Program-made: the position numbers and the translations under genes
From: an uncultured Clostridia bacterium
Lineage (GTDB): Bacteria; Bacillota; Clostridia; Christensenellales; UBA1242
Length of the DNA stretch: 64,000 nucleotides
Assembly (NCBI GenBank): GCA_944384405.1
Contig: CALWTH010000011.1
Location: forward strand, 9,904-73,903
Direction: 5' to 3'
The notes under the pieces: model-generated
What the model was told of the DNA's origin: nothing
The model's input: only the letters and a program-made list of their open reading frames with translations
Database searches by the model: none
Shown here: one piece after another, positions 1 to 10,624 of the stretch
How positions within the stretch are numbered: the first letter of the stretch is position 1
Layout: every line of letters begins with the position of its first letter

Positions 1-2
1 TG

Positions 3-1343
3 GAACCAGAAAATCAGTATATCGGAACGTGCGTGACAATAAATCTATTCAAAGTCACCATGACATCACAGTCAAGTTATGGGGGAATGGGAACTACCGA
101 AAATCCATATTTGATTGAAACTGCACAACACTTCTCAAATATATTGTATAGATTGAACAAGCCAGCCTATGAAAATAGTTATACGCTTTCAGTTGGCGAA
201 ACTGACACGCGTGTGACGCTAAGTGAACAAGATAGGTATTTCCACTTCAAACAAGTTGAAGATATAACTGGAGTATCTCCACTTGGACTAAATGAAGAAC
301 TTGATTTCACTGCTGTGTATGACGGAGATATGCACTCTATTACTTGGGACTTTGATATGAAAGACATTTCAATGTCAGTTTCTCAAATTCAGTATGTTGC
401 ATTGTTTGGAACAATAGCAAAAGACGGCGCAGTGAGAAACTTAAGAATATTTGCAAATCTTGAAACAGAGATGGTCATCGGCTCAACAGTTTCGCTTGTT
501 GCATATGAAAACCATGGAACAATTGAAAATATTGTCCTAGGCGAAGAAAACGCAAGCAAAATTTCAATTCAAACTCAGTACACAATCAATGTATATGCAG
601 TTGCAACAACCAATGATGGTACAATAAGCAAAGTCATAAACTACTACGATTTCGATATAAGAAATCTCACAAGTACATCAGGAACACTTGCAAACGTTGC
701 ACTTATTGGTACAAACCTTGGCACTGTTTCTGAAATTGCAAACTACGCAGATATATACATTCAAACAACGCGTAGCACAAGTTCAGGTATAGTCGCAATA
801 AATAGGGGTAGTATACAAAACGCAGTGTTTACCGGAGATGTGACACTAAACATTGCTCGCGATAGGCAAGAGGCGATAACATTTACATTCGGTGGCATAG
901 TTGGAACAAACACCTCGGGCACAATAAGTTATGCTTACACAATGTCAAACATCAATGTTTCAAGAAGTGCACGTGCAACATCTGAAACGGTGAAAATTGC
1001 AGGACTTGTTGGCTCATCAAATAATGGAGCAATAACATCAGCATATGTCAGTGTGGATATTACAGCCACAACATCAATAGATAAAGTCGGAGATTTGGCA
1101 TTGTTCATTGCAAATGTAACAAATGTTTCATCTTCAAGTGAAACATCAACAAGATTTGCAAACATAGACGCGCCATATTCGGCAGCACTTGGAACAAGTG
1201 CAACAAACTTCATAGTCGAGACATATCAGACTGTTCCATCAGGACTTGCACTCAACACCTCAAATGCATACTTCACAATGAACGAAAACGATTTTCCAAC
1301 ACTCGTGTTTGAATCGTCACTCAAATCCATTTGGGGAATTTAA
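3..1343 (+). CDS. C-terminal part of a large GLUG-repeat/beta-helix surface protein (5' end lies outside the window)
   Basis: Frame is open from position 3; GxGTxENPYLI motif and repeated GGIVGxN/GLVG units. Confidence 0.7.
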   Translation, partial: EPENQYIGTCVTINLFKVTMTSQSSYGGMGTTENPYLIETAQHFSNILYRLNKPAYENSYTLSVGETDTRVTLSEQDRYFHFKQVEDITGVSPLGLNEELDFTAVYDGDMHSITWDFDMKDISMSVSQIQYVALFGTIAKDGAVRNLRIFANLETEMVIGSTVSLVAYENHGTIENIVLGEENASKISIQTQYTINVYAVATTNDGTISKVINYYDFDIRNLTSTSGTLANVALIGTNLGTVSEIANYADIYIQTTRSTSSGIVAINRGSIQNAVFTGDVTLNIARDRQEAITFTFGGIVGTNTSGTISYAYTMSNINVSRSARATSETVKIAGLVGSSNNGAITSAYVSVDITATTSIDKVGDLALFIANVTNVSSSSETSTRFANIDAPYSAALGTSATNFIVETYQTVPSGLALNTSNAYFTMNENDFPTLVFESSLKSIWGI

Positions 1344-1353
1344 TGTGAAAGCA

Positions 1354-1398
1354 AAAAAATACTCGTAATAACTATAAAAGTTTTACGAGTATTTTTTT
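1354..1398 (+). terminator. Intrinsic terminator
   Basis: AAAAAATACTCGTAA...TTACGAGTATTTTTTT hairpin right after the stop codon. Confidence 0.75.
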
Positions 1399-1402
1399 GA
1401 CC

Positions 1403-1736
1403 GCCGAAAAACTTCGCAATACTTTGTTTCTGCTATGCTGTTTTTGACAAAAGAAATGCACTGCATTTCTTCCCCTAAGTCACGGCAAAAGTGCCAACAA
1501 AGTGCACTTTTCGTTTGGCCGTGAGAAAGGGGTAAAAACAAACTCAAGCACAACTTTTGCGAAACATTCGCAAAAGTGTGCCGATTAGTGCAGTTTTTGC
1601 CCCAAGACTCGTCTTGCTTGTTTTTAGGCAGTCAAATTTTTTCAGTGGTTGCCGAAAAACGGCGCAATACCCTCACTTGTTTTTAGGCAGTCAAAATTTT
1701 TCAGCGGTTGCCGAAAAACTTCGCAATACTTTGTTT
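1403..1736. repeat. Intergenic repeat element with internal direct repeats
   Basis: 27-mer GCCGAAAAACTTCGCAATACTTTGTTT at 1403 and 1710; near-identical ~40-bp copies at ~1620 and ~1679. Confidence 0.7.
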
Positions 1737-1850
1737 GTGCTAAGGTCAAATATAGCCCAAAATCGTGACACATTTAAACCAATTTTGTGCCAAAATGACA
1801 ATTTTTAACTATTTTGCTCAAAAACTTGACAAAAATCATTTGACATATTA

Positions 1851-1866
1851 GGGGGGGGGGGGGGGG
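1851..1866. repeat. G16 homopolymer tract
   Basis: 16 consecutive G in AT-rich intergenic DNA, 5 nt after TTGACA (1840-1845). Confidence 0.9.
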
Positions 1867-1912
1867 CAAAATAGTTATAGGCTTTTAAAATTTAGAAAAA
1901 ATGTTGAAAAGT

Positions 1913-1941
1913 TTGATTTACGAACAATATTCGTATATACT
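1913..1941 (+). promoter_or_regulatory. Sigma-A-like promoter with palindromic spacer
   Basis: TTGATT-17-TATACT; the spacer is TACGAA-N5-TTCGTA. Confidence 0.55.
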
Positions 1942-2004
1942 AATATACGAAAAAACTAGTACTTTATAGCAAATATCATAACTTTTATGTCAAGGAGTTA
2001 TAAC

Positions 2005-4863
2005 ATGAATAGAAAATTCAAACTGTTTTTTAGTTTAGCATCACTTTGTTTTAGCATAGCAATGTTATGCTTTGGTGTTTATAGTGCTATGAGCGTCAGT
2101 TACTCTGTCAGTGGTAGTGTTAGCTATGAAGTTAGCGGAGTTTATGTAAACATTAACACAACTTTGTATATGTCAACATTAACAACACTGACTGGCGATT
2201 CAAGTCTTGGTTCAAAAGTGAGTGAATTTGAAACTCAACTTAAAAGTAATGGTAGTACTAATGTTAATGTCGCAGACACTGCAAATCATTCATATAATTA
2301 TGACTATTCGTCATATTCAGAAGAAAGTGGATTTAATGCTGAAACAAATCCAAAATCAGATAATATACCAATCAATTATGGAAGTTACATAGAAGACCAA
2401 ACAGCATATGCATATTACATAATAGTGAAGATAGAAAATATAGCAGAAAATAAAATAAATGCAGTACTAGACTTAGGTGACACAAGTATGCTTAATAGTT
2501 ATGTTAAGCCAAACATGACTCAAACAAACATAGATGCAAACTCAACGCAATATTTTGTGATAGGTATGTCATTAAAGGACGCAACAATAGGAGTCAATGA
2601 AACATTTAATTATCATATCACAATAACCCCAGGGGAATTGCAAGAACCAACTCTTTATCAACAAACTTACACTCAAGCAGTTGAAAACCCAACAGGCTTT
2701 ATGCTTTCATCATATGATGTTTATGAGCTAGATACAAGCGCTACAGGGTATAATGTTTCTTTGGCAAATGAGGACTCTTTTGTCGATTTGGCAAATTCTT
2801 CAATCACCGCAACAAGTGATGATATTATATCAATTCAAGCAGGTGAAGGGATATATATAAGTCTAGTTGAATATAAAATTGAAGATTTAAGTAAATTTTT
2901 GAGTACTCCAAAGCTTGAATTGAACATCTCTGTACCGAATAATGAAGGGTTTATTTATGCTATTGTTTTTAAGGGTTCTGCAAAAAATTACGATGCTGAC
3001 AATTTTATGAAAATTCTTCCAGATGTACTTCTCAACCCTGACGCAGAGCCAAACACACTTGGATGTTATACTTCGAGTGAATTACAATCATTATCAGATG
3101 CAGATATTGACTTAGATTATATTTCAAAATTAGATAAAGAAAACACTTTCACAGTTGCTCTTTTGGGGGAGGGGAAGATTAGCGAAACAAGGATATCTAA
3201 CCTTGCAGTTTATAAACCAAAATATAGTGCCGATATTGCTATTGAAGACTATTATCAAAATATTGAATCTTATGACATGCATGTAAATGAAACGGCATAT
3301 GTTAATTATGTCGCTTTGCCTAAGTTTACATTTGTGAAGCAGGCGTCTATTGAAAATATTACTGGAATGACTTTTAATATTTCATCTACGGATAGTTTTA
3401 AAGTGGCTTTAATTTTAAATGGAACTAACTATAGTTATGATGGCAGTACAGGAGAGGATATTTGGGATATTTTAAATGTTGTTAATTTAAATGATTTATT
3501 TTTTGTTGACGGATTAATAGGTTGTTTTGCTTCAGATACTGAAGTTAATAATGCAAGGGTTTATGTACCCTATGTACCCTCAGAACTTATATCTCAAACT
3601 GAAATTTCAAATATAACTGTTGTGCTGGCTTCAAAGCATCAAAAAATATCAGATATACAAAAAATATCAGATATAAAAATAAATTTAACTGATATTAGTA
3701 CCCAAAGTGATAATCCAGTAAGTTCTTCACTTGGTCAAATTCCAGTTGATTCTTCGCTAACTATCACTGCAAACAATGCAGTTTCGTTTGATTTTCCAGC
3801 TTTTACTCCTGGGGCAGAACTTCAAGTATTTAATTATAGAATTGATAATTTTTATCCAAAAGCGCCATTTATGGATATTACATCTTTGCAGCCACACTTA
3901 TATGATAATGGTAGATTTTTATGTGCGTTAAATGGAAATTTTTCTTCTGATGATTCAGAATATGTTGTGTCAACTGTTCTTGAGGCCTTGACGAGTGGGA
4001 GTGATGCAACGTTCCCTGTTAGTACAGATGGAACTCTTATAAGCTCGCAAGAAATTTATGATTCTTATTGTACTTCTGATGGGACATTGGAATTTGCTAT
4101 CGTGTGGCTTTCCGGGGAATTGCCATACCCAGGGGGGTTACCAATATTGCAAATTGGCTTTAGAAGTGGGGAATATCAATATACATTAAATGAAGATGGC
4201 ACTTACACTGCTGAATATGTTGGTAAAGAAAAAAGTATTGAGGTCCCAACCGAGTACCAAGGTAAAAAAGTCACAGGCTTTAAAATTAGTACAGGTGGTA
4301 TGAGTAGCATAGTTGTTCCAGAAGGAATTACAGATATTTCTTTAAACAATTCTACATACTCACAAATAGGTATCAGCAGCATTACAATTCCTACTACTAT
4401 TGAAAGTGTAGAAATTAACACGCCAGGTAGTTGTAGCTTTGAGATAAATTTTAAAATTAATTTAAATAACATCAACGATTGGTTAAGTTCCAAGTATTAC
4501 GATATAAGATATTATTGTAGCCAAAATAGTTCTGACTATATACTCTCATTTGATTTATATGTCGACGGCACTCAAGTTAAGAATATAGTTTTAGAAGATG
4601 TCACAGAGCTTCCAGAATATGCTTTTGCTTATGCCGATCAAATACAATCAGTGACATTGGGTGAAAAAATTGAAAAAATAGGAGGTTATGCCTTTTATGG
4701 CTGTACAAGCTTAAACTCAGTTGATTTTGAAGACAAAGACTCTACATGGACAATTGGAGGTTCTATACATCAAATAACATTAGCAGATTTAAATGATTCA
4801 AGCAAGATAGCACAATATTTGACAGATGAATATTTCTCTTACAACTGGACAAAAAATGTGTAG
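2005..4863 (+). CDS. Secreted/surface protein with N-terminal FGVYS domain and C-terminal BspA-type leucine-rich repeats
   Basis: AAGGAG RBS before ATG 2005; signal peptide; LPEYAF...IGGYAFYGCTSLNSV repeats. Confidence 0.75.
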   Translation: MNRKFKLFFSLASLCFSIAMLCFGVYSAMSVSYSVSGSVSYEVSGVYVNINTTLYMSTLTTLTGDSSLGSKVSEFETQLKSNGSTNVNVADTANHSYNYDYSSYSEESGFNAETNPKSDNIPINYGSYIEDQTAYAYYIIVKIENIAENKINAVLDLGDTSMLNSYVKPNMTQTNIDANSTQYFVIGMSLKDATIGVNETFNYHITITPGELQEPTLYQQTYTQAVENPTGFMLSSYDVYELDTSATGYNVSLANEDSFVDLANSSITATSDDIISIQAGEGIYISLVEYKIEDLSKFLSTPKLELNISVPNNEGFIYAIVFKGSAKNYDADNFMKILPDVLLNPDAEPNTLGCYTSSELQSLSDADIDLDYISKLDKENTFTVALLGEGKISETRISNLAVYKPKYSADIAIEDYYQNIESYDMHVNETAYVNYVALPKFTFVKQASIENITGMTFNISSTDSFKVALILNGTNYSYDGSTGEDIWDILNVVNLNDLFFVDGLIGCFASDTEVNNARVYVPYVPSELISQTEISNITVVLASKHQKISDIQKISDIKINLTDISTQSDNPVSSSLGQIPVDSSLTITANNAVSFDFPAFTPGAELQVFNYRIDNFYPKAPFMDITSLQPHLYDNGRFLCALNGNFSSDDSEYVVSTVLEALTSGSDATFPVSTDGTLISSQEIYDSYCTSDGTLEFAIVWLSGELPYPGGLPILQIGFRSGEYQYTLNEDGTYTAEYVGKEKSIEVPTEYQGKKVTGFKISTGGMSSIVVPEGITDISLNNSTYSQIGISSITIPTTIESVEINTPGSCSFEINFKINLNNINDWLSSKYYDIRYYCSQNSSDYILSFDLYVDGTQVKNIVLEDVTELPEYAFAYADQIQSVTLGEKIEKIGGYAFYGCTSLNSVDFEDKDSTWTIGGSIHQITLADLNDSSKIAQYLTDEYFSYNWTKNV

Positions 4864-4912
4864 GGTTTAAAATCTAAAAAACACGCAGACATTTTATATG
4901 TTTGCGTGCTTT

Positions 4913-5440
4913 TTACTTTTTGACAGTGCAAAGGTATATTTCGCCATTTTTGCTATTGGTGATTTTTTTGCTGTCAAATGTTCGTGTGACATATTTTTTT
5001 CCGTCAATAGACACACATTCGGCTAAAATTTTTGTGATGTATTTTTTCTCTTTGGCAAGAGAGTTGATTTTGTCAAAAAGTGCGTTTGTCAAAAGGTTAA
5101 TTGTTTCGCCGTTTTGGTATTTTTCGTCCACGACAATGGACATTAATAGGCACAAGTTTTTACCTTTATGATAAGGTAAAATGTCACTACCTTGTATTTC
5201 GTCATCGGACATTTCGCCGTTTTTGAATTTTTCAAAACATGCTGGCGTGAGTGGTACGAAGTTAATATATCCCACCATTTTTTCATTGTCATAAATTGAT
5301 ATGTACATGTCAGGGCAGGCATCAAGCCACTGTTTGCACCTTTCTAGTGAACCCATAAGAGTTTCGTCTTTGTATGCCTTTTTATCAAGTTCAATTGCCT
5401 GTTTTAGTTCATACTCATTTGTTATTGGTTTTATTATCAT
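4913..5440 (-). CDS. GNAT-like acetyltransferase
   Basis: SIVVDEKYQNG motif A-like segment; probable leaderless start at ATG 5440. Confidence 0.55.
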   Translation of the reverse strand: MIIKPITNEYELKQAIELDKKAYKDETLMGSLERCKQWLDACPDMYISIYDNEKMVGYINFVPLTPACFEKFKNGEMSDDEIQGSDILPYHKGKNLCLLMSIVVDEKYQNGETINLLTNALFDKINSLAKEKKYITKILAECVSIDGKKYVTRTFDSKKITNSKNGEIYLCTVKK

Positions 5441-5546
5441 AGATGTAGTATATAGCACATTTGAAAAAAAGTAAATTTTTATTTTTGGCTATACACAATT
5501 TTTTTAAATTAGTTATATACTCTAACTTTATACAATAAAATATAGT

Positions 5547-6233
5547 ATGAAATTTTTTGTTGTAAAGAAGAATACACTTGCAGTAATTTTAGCAATTATT
5601 GTTTTTTTAATAAGTTTAATTTCATTTGTTGTAATTTCAACATCTTCATCACCACAGCCATATTATTCAATTGTGATTGATGCAGGGCACGGCGGAATAG
5701 ACAATGGCTCAATTGGTTACAGTGGCACGCTTGAAAGTGAAATAAATTTGTGGTATGCAAAAACACTTCAACAGTACTGCACCGAATTTGGATTTTTTGT
5801 CACCATGACACGCACAAATGACAATGGGCTTTACAGTCCGTTTGCAAAAAACAAGAAAAAAGACGATATGAAGGCAAGGCAAAAGATAATTGAAAGTGCA
5901 TCGCCAGACATGGTCATCAGCATACACATGAACAGTTTTCCAGAAAGTTCTTCGCGTGGGGCACAGGTGTTTTATGCAAAAGATAATAATAAAGGAAAAC
6001 TTTTGGCAGACAGCATACAAGAGCAGTTTGTTCAAAATCTCGTAAAACCAAGACAAAGTAGCGAGGTGGGTGATTATTACATAGTCAACTGCACGACTGC
6101 ACCAAGTGTCATTGTGGAGTGTGGATTTGTTTCCAATCCCGAAGAAGAACAACTTTTGCTGAAAGAAGACTACAAAGACAAAGTTTGTTACAGCGTGGTT
6201 TGCGGTATATTAAAATATTTAATGATAAATTAA
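5547..6233 (+). CDS. cwlD: N-acetylmuramoyl-L-alanine amidase, CwlD-like (Amidase_3)
   Basis: IDAGHGG, E, SIHMN, IVECGF motifs; N-terminal TM; SRGAQVFY. Confidence 0.75.
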   Translation: MKFFVVKKNTLAVILAIIVFLISLISFVVISTSSSPQPYYSIVIDAGHGGIDNGSIGYSGTLESEINLWYAKTLQQYCTEFGFFVTMTRTNDNGLYSPFAKNKKKDDMKARQKIIESASPDMVISIHMNSFPESSSRGAQVFYAKDNNKGKLLADSIQEQFVQNLVKPRQSSEVGDYYIVNCTTAPSVIVECGFVSNPEEEQLLLKEDYKDKVCYSVVCGILKYLMIN

Positions 6234-6241
6234 AATTTATT

Positions 6242-7012
6242 TTAAAGTTTCAAATCTGCCTTACTTATTGCAGACTCAAATTTTTCCAACAGTGTTTTGT
6301 TTGCAAAGGCATAAAAACCATATTGTTTATTGGCATACATACTGCCACCAGCCATTTCAATCAAATACTGGCCTGGGGCAATATCCCAAGCATTTTTTGA
6401 AAATATGATATAAAGGTCGCACTTGCCGTCTGCAAGGTATGCACTGCTTACGCAAGAAGTGCCAATTAGGCGTAGTCTTTTGCAGTTTTCACTTAAATAC
6501 TCTATAAATTTTTGTTGGTCTTTCATATATGTTGCTGAAAAATCTCCAAACAAAACAATGCTTTCACAAAGTTCTTTTTCGTCTGAAACAAAAATTCTTT
6601 TGCCATTTCTATAGGCACCAAACTTGTTTGCATAGTAAACATCTTTTAGCGCTGGGACAACCAAAACAGATATTAATATTTTGTCATCTTCTTTTAGGCA
6701 AAGTTGTGTTCCGTATAGTGGAATATTGTGCTTGAAGTTGCAAGTGCCATCAATTGGATCAACAACAAAAGTATATTTGTTGTTGCTTGATATTTTTTGC
6801 TCTTCACCAATAAAAGAAAAATCGGTGAATATTTTTTTGCACTTTTTTAAAATGTAATTTTGCGTTTCGATATCTCTATTGGTCACATCATCACCTTCGA
6901 ATTTATGACGAGAAGAAACTTCATAAAATGAATGTTTATAATATAGTTTTGTTGCCGATTTTGCAATTTTTATTAGTTTTTTTGTTATTTTTGTTATTTT
7001 TTTATCTTCCAT
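6242..7012 (-). CDS. Inositol monophosphatase family protein
   Basis: GEE, VDPIDGTCNF, WDIAPG motifs. Confidence 0.9.
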   Translation of the reverse strand: MEDKKITKITKKLIKIAKSATKLYYKHSFYEVSSRHKFEGDDVTNRDIETQNYILKKCKKIFTDFSFIGEEQKISSNNKYTFVVDPIDGTCNFKHNIPLYGTQLCLKEDDKILISVLVVPALKDVYYANKFGAYRNGKRIFVSDEKELCESIVLFGDFSATYMKDQQKFIEYLSENCKRLRLIGTSCVSSAYLADGKCDLYIIFSKNAWDIAPGQYLIEMAGGSMYANKQYGFYAFANKTLLEKFESAISKADLKL

Positions 7013-7115
7013 AATAAATATATTATATCAAAAAATCTTATTAAAAAAAATTAAAAAAGCCAATTACAATTAAAATATATTATTTTTTTTGATTTCTATG
7101 TGATATAATACTTAT

Positions 7116-8048
7116 ATGACGACACTGGAAATTGTTTTTTTATCAATATTTTTGGTAATTAGTATAAGTTTGTTATACCTTTTATTTTCAAGTGAATTAA
7201 AGTATATTTTGACATTAAAAAGAAATTGTTTTTTTGGAAAAATAATATATAAATACACAATAAAAAACAAAAATAAATACAGTATTGACCTTTCTTGGTG
7301 GCAAAACACTGAGTATGAAGAAGTGGAAATTACTTCAAAAGACAACTTGAAATTGCATGGATATTTTTTACATAAAAATGACAAAAAAATTGCCATTGTG
7401 GTTCATGGCTATGGCACATGTGCTTTTGCTATGCAACAATATGTCAAAATGTTTTATGACGAAGGCTATTCTGTGCTTGCAATAGACAATCGTGCACATG
7501 GCATTAGTCAAGGCAAGTGTATTAGCATGGGATATTTTGAACACATTGATTTGTCCTCATGGGTGGATTACACTGTCAAAAGATATTCTGGCTGTGAAAT
7601 TGTGGTGTTTGGTCTTAGTATGGGCGGGGCAACTGTTTGTCTTTATAGTGGTGACACAAAGCCCAAAAATGTCAAGGCAATAATTAGCGACTGCGCATAT
7701 TATAGCGCTTACGATGTTGTTCAAAATCTTTGCGAGCAAAGTATTATTTTAAACTTTTTCCCATCACTTTTTGTATATAATTTATATTTGAAATATCGTG
7801 CAAAATTTAGACTGTCGGACATTGATGTAAAAAGTGCAATAAATAAGTGCGATGTTCCTATACTTTTAATTCACGGAAGTCGTGACAAGTTCGTGCCTTT
7901 TTATATGCAAGATGTTTTATATAAAAACGCACCACCTTCGCTATGTCAAAAATATGTAGTACAGGGTGCAGGGCATGCCGAGAGTATGACCACGGCAAAA
8001 GAGGAATACATAAAAACAGTGAAACAATTTTTGAAAAATAACACATAA
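7116..8048 (+). CDS. Membrane-anchored alpha/beta hydrolase
   Basis: VHGY, GLSMGG nucleophile elbow, HGSRD, GAGH. Confidence 0.9.
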   Translation: MTTLEIVFLSIFLVISISLLYLLFSSELKYILTLKRNCFFGKIIYKYTIKNKNKYSIDLSWWQNTEYEEVEITSKDNLKLHGYFLHKNDKKIAIVVHGYGTCAFAMQQYVKMFYDEGYSVLAIDNRAHGISQGKCISMGYFEHIDLSSWVDYTVKRYSGCEIVVFGLSMGGATVCLYSGDTKPKNVKAIISDCAYYSAYDVVQNLCEQSIILNFFPSLFVYNLYLKYRAKFRLSDIDVKSAINKCDVPILLIHGSRDKFVPFYMQDVLYKNAPPSLCQKYVVQGAGHAESMTTAKEEYIKTVKQFLKNNT

Positions 8049-8055
8049 TATCTTT

Positions 8056-8250
8056 ATGGGATATTATAATTATCACGCTAAAATAAAACAAAAAATAAAG
8101 GCGGGCGAACTTTTGAAATTTGAATTTGTAGATAGCTACAAATCATATTCGCCATGCCTTGTACTTTATTTTGCAGACGGAAGTGTGTATCCAATAAAAG
8201 AGTATATGTTTGATGAATACATTAAAATTTTACAACCTTTTTTAAATTAA
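8056..8250 (+). CDS. Small hypothetical protein
   Basis: 64-aa ORF 7 nt after the upstream stop codon. Confidence 0.6.
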   Translation: MGYYNYHAKIKQKIKAGELLKFEFVDSYKSYSPCLVLYFADGSVYPIKEYMFDEYIKILQPFLN

Positions 8251-8497
8251 CACTTTTATTGCAATTTGTTTAGTTTAATGATATACTTTTATTGATGCAA
8301 AACAATTCAAAAAAAGACATAAGAACATACACAATCGTGTTTTTAAGTCTTAAAAATGTTGATTGTTGTGCTTTTGATTTCAAAAAATTATATGTATGAT
8401 AAAAATCAAGACAAATTGTCTTGAATTTTTATGTTAAGTAGTGGTATACTTTATAAGTTTTTATTATTAGGATGTTTTATTTATATAGGAGTACTTT

Positions 8498-10333
8498 ATG
8501 AAGAATGAGAAAATAAGAAATATAGCAATAATAGCACACGTTGACCACGGCAAAACTTCACTTGTCAACGAAATGCTAAAACAAGGTAATGTTTTTCGTG
8601 ATAACCAAGTTGTTGTTGATAGGGTTATGGACTCAAATGCACTTGAACGTGAAAGAGGAATAACAATTCTTTCAAAAAATTGTAGTTGTCAATATAAAGG
8701 TGTGAAAATCAACATTGTCGACACCCCAGGACACGCAGATTTTGGTGGAGAAGTTGAACGCGTACTCAAAATGGTTGACGGCGTACTTTTGGTTGTTGAT
8801 GCTTTTGAAGGCCCTATGCCACAAACTCGTTTTGTTCTTGAACACGCACTTAAACTTAACTTAAAAGTAGTTGTGGTAGTGAATAAAATAGATAGGCAAG
8901 ATGCAAGAATAAGCGAAGTTGTTGACGAGGTTTTGGAACTGTTAATGGATTTAAACGCAAGTGATGAGCAACTTGACTCTCCTTTTGTATATGCATCCGC
9001 ACGAACAGGGAAAGCAAGTCTTGACCCAAACAAAGAAGGTGAAAACTTTATACCACTTTTTGAAACAATACTTTCACACATACCAGCACCAGAGGGTGAA
9101 AGCGATGCTCCACTTAGAATGCTTGTTTCTTCCTGCGAACACAATGACTATGTCGGCAAACTTGCAATAGGTAAAGTTGAAAGGGGAAGCGTTAAAGTTG
9201 GCGACAACATTGTGCTTTGCAACTACCATGACAGTACAAAAAATTCAAAAGGCAAAATTGTTTCACTTTTCACTTACAAAGGCTTAAAGCGTGAGCAAAT
9301 CCAAAGCGCAGAGTTTGGTGATATTGTTTGTATTGCGGGACTTGAAGACGTGCAGATAGGCGATACAGTTTGTGCACCAGAAGATGTCACTCCACTTGAA
9401 TTTGTCAAAATTGCAGAACCTAGTGTTGAAATGACATTTTTGGTCAACAATAGTCCTTTTGCAGGAAAAGAAGGAAAATTTGTTACAAGTAGACACCTTC
9501 GCGAAAGACTTTACAAAGAGGCAGTCAAAGACCTTTCACTTCGCGTAAGTGACACGTCAAGCGCCGAGGCTTTCACAGTTTGCGGACGTGGTGAGATGCA
9601 CCTTAGCATACTCATTGAAAATATGCGTCGTGATGGGTACGAGTTCCAAGTAAGTATGCCAAGAGTTAGATTCAAAACTATTGACGGCAAAAAATGTGAA
9701 CCAATAGATATTGTCACACTTGATGTGCCAGCAGACAGCGTTGGAACAGTTATGAATAAAATGGCAATAAGAAAAGGTGAACTTATTAAAATGACTCCAA
9801 AAGGCTCACGTATGAAAATGGAGTTTTATATCCCAGAACGTGGACTATTTGGCTATAAGAGTGAACTTTTAACCGACACCAAAGGTGAAGGAATAATGGC
9901 ATCAGTATTTTATGACTATGAACCATATAAAGGCGAAATTGATAGGCGTGTTTATGGCTCGCTCATCGCATACGAAACAGGCGAAGCAATAGTCTATGGA
10001 CTTTTCAATGCACAGGAGCGTGGTGAACTTTTCATAACTCCAGGAACAAAGGTATATGGCGGAATGGTTGTTGGAAGAAATCCAAAAGGTGATGACCTTG
10101 TCGTCAACGTATGCAAACGTAAGCACCTTTCAAACTGCCGTTCAAGTGCCTCAGATGATGCTTTAAGACTTGAAACGCCAGTTGTTATGAGTCTTGAAGA
10201 TTGTCTTGAATTTTTGGCTGATGATGAATATTTGGAAGTTACGCCAAAAAGTGTTAGAATAAGAAAGATAATTCTTGACCACAATATGCGTCTTCGTGAG
10301 CGTGGCAAGATGCTCAGGGGTGAAAATGAATAA
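8498..10333 (+). CDS. typA: Translational GTPase TypA/BipA
   Basis: AHVDHGKT, ERERGITI, DTPGHADFGGEVER, NKID, GRGEMHL. Confidence 0.97.
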   Translation: MKNEKIRNIAIIAHVDHGKTSLVNEMLKQGNVFRDNQVVVDRVMDSNALERERGITILSKNCSCQYKGVKINIVDTPGHADFGGEVERVLKMVDGVLLVVDAFEGPMPQTRFVLEHALKLNLKVVVVVNKIDRQDARISEVVDEVLELLMDLNASDEQLDSPFVYASARTGKASLDPNKEGENFIPLFETILSHIPAPEGESDAPLRMLVSSCEHNDYVGKLAIGKVERGSVKVGDNIVLCNYHDSTKNSKGKIVSLFTYKGLKREQIQSAEFGDIVCIAGLEDVQIGDTVCAPEDVTPLEFVKIAEPSVEMTFLVNNSPFAGKEGKFVTSRHLRERLYKEAVKDLSLRVSDTSSAEAFTVCGRGEMHLSILIENMRRDGYEFQVSMPRVRFKTIDGKKCEPIDIVTLDVPADSVGTVMNKMAIRKGELIKMTPKGSRMKMEFYIPERGLFGYKSELLTDTKGEGIMASVFYDYEPYKGEIDRRVYGSLIAYETGEAIVYGLFNAQERGELFITPGTKVYGGMVVGRNPKGDDLVVNVCKRKHLSNCRSSASDDALRLETPVVMSLEDCLEFLADDEYLEVTPKSVRIRKIILDHNMRLRERGKMLRGENE

Positions 10334-10613
10334 AAAAGACACCGAAAATGACATAAAAAGGCAAAAAGCACACGACATGAAAGTGAACATAAAGCGTATT
10401 TGGATTTGCGTTGCAATTTTGATACCTGTGTTCATAATTTTAACATATGTATTTTCGCTTGTTCCATTGCCAGTTTGGCTTATTATGCTCTTAAATGTCA
10501 TAATAGGTGGCTTAATTTGTTTACTTGTTTATATCATTTCTGATAGAATAGAACAAAGAAGAAAAACAAAAGAAATTTTGGATCCGGACAATGACGATCC
10601 GTTTTCAGATTAA
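10326..10613 (+). CDS. Small two-TM membrane protein
   Basis: ATG overlaps the typA end; two hydrophobic helices. Confidence 0.65.
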   Translation: MNKKDTENDIKRQKAHDMKVNIKRIWICVAILIPVFIILTYVFSLVPLPVWLIMLLNVIIGGLICLLVYIISDRIEQRRKTKEILDPDNDDPFSD

Positions 10614-10624
10614 AAGGGGTAGTT

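Noticed and set aside
1557-1808. 83-aa ORF
   Set aside because: Lies in the intergenic repeat element, TTG start, no RBS
1921-1933. LexA (CGAAC-N4-GTTCG) box
   Set aside because: CGAACAATATTCG is one base short and mismatched
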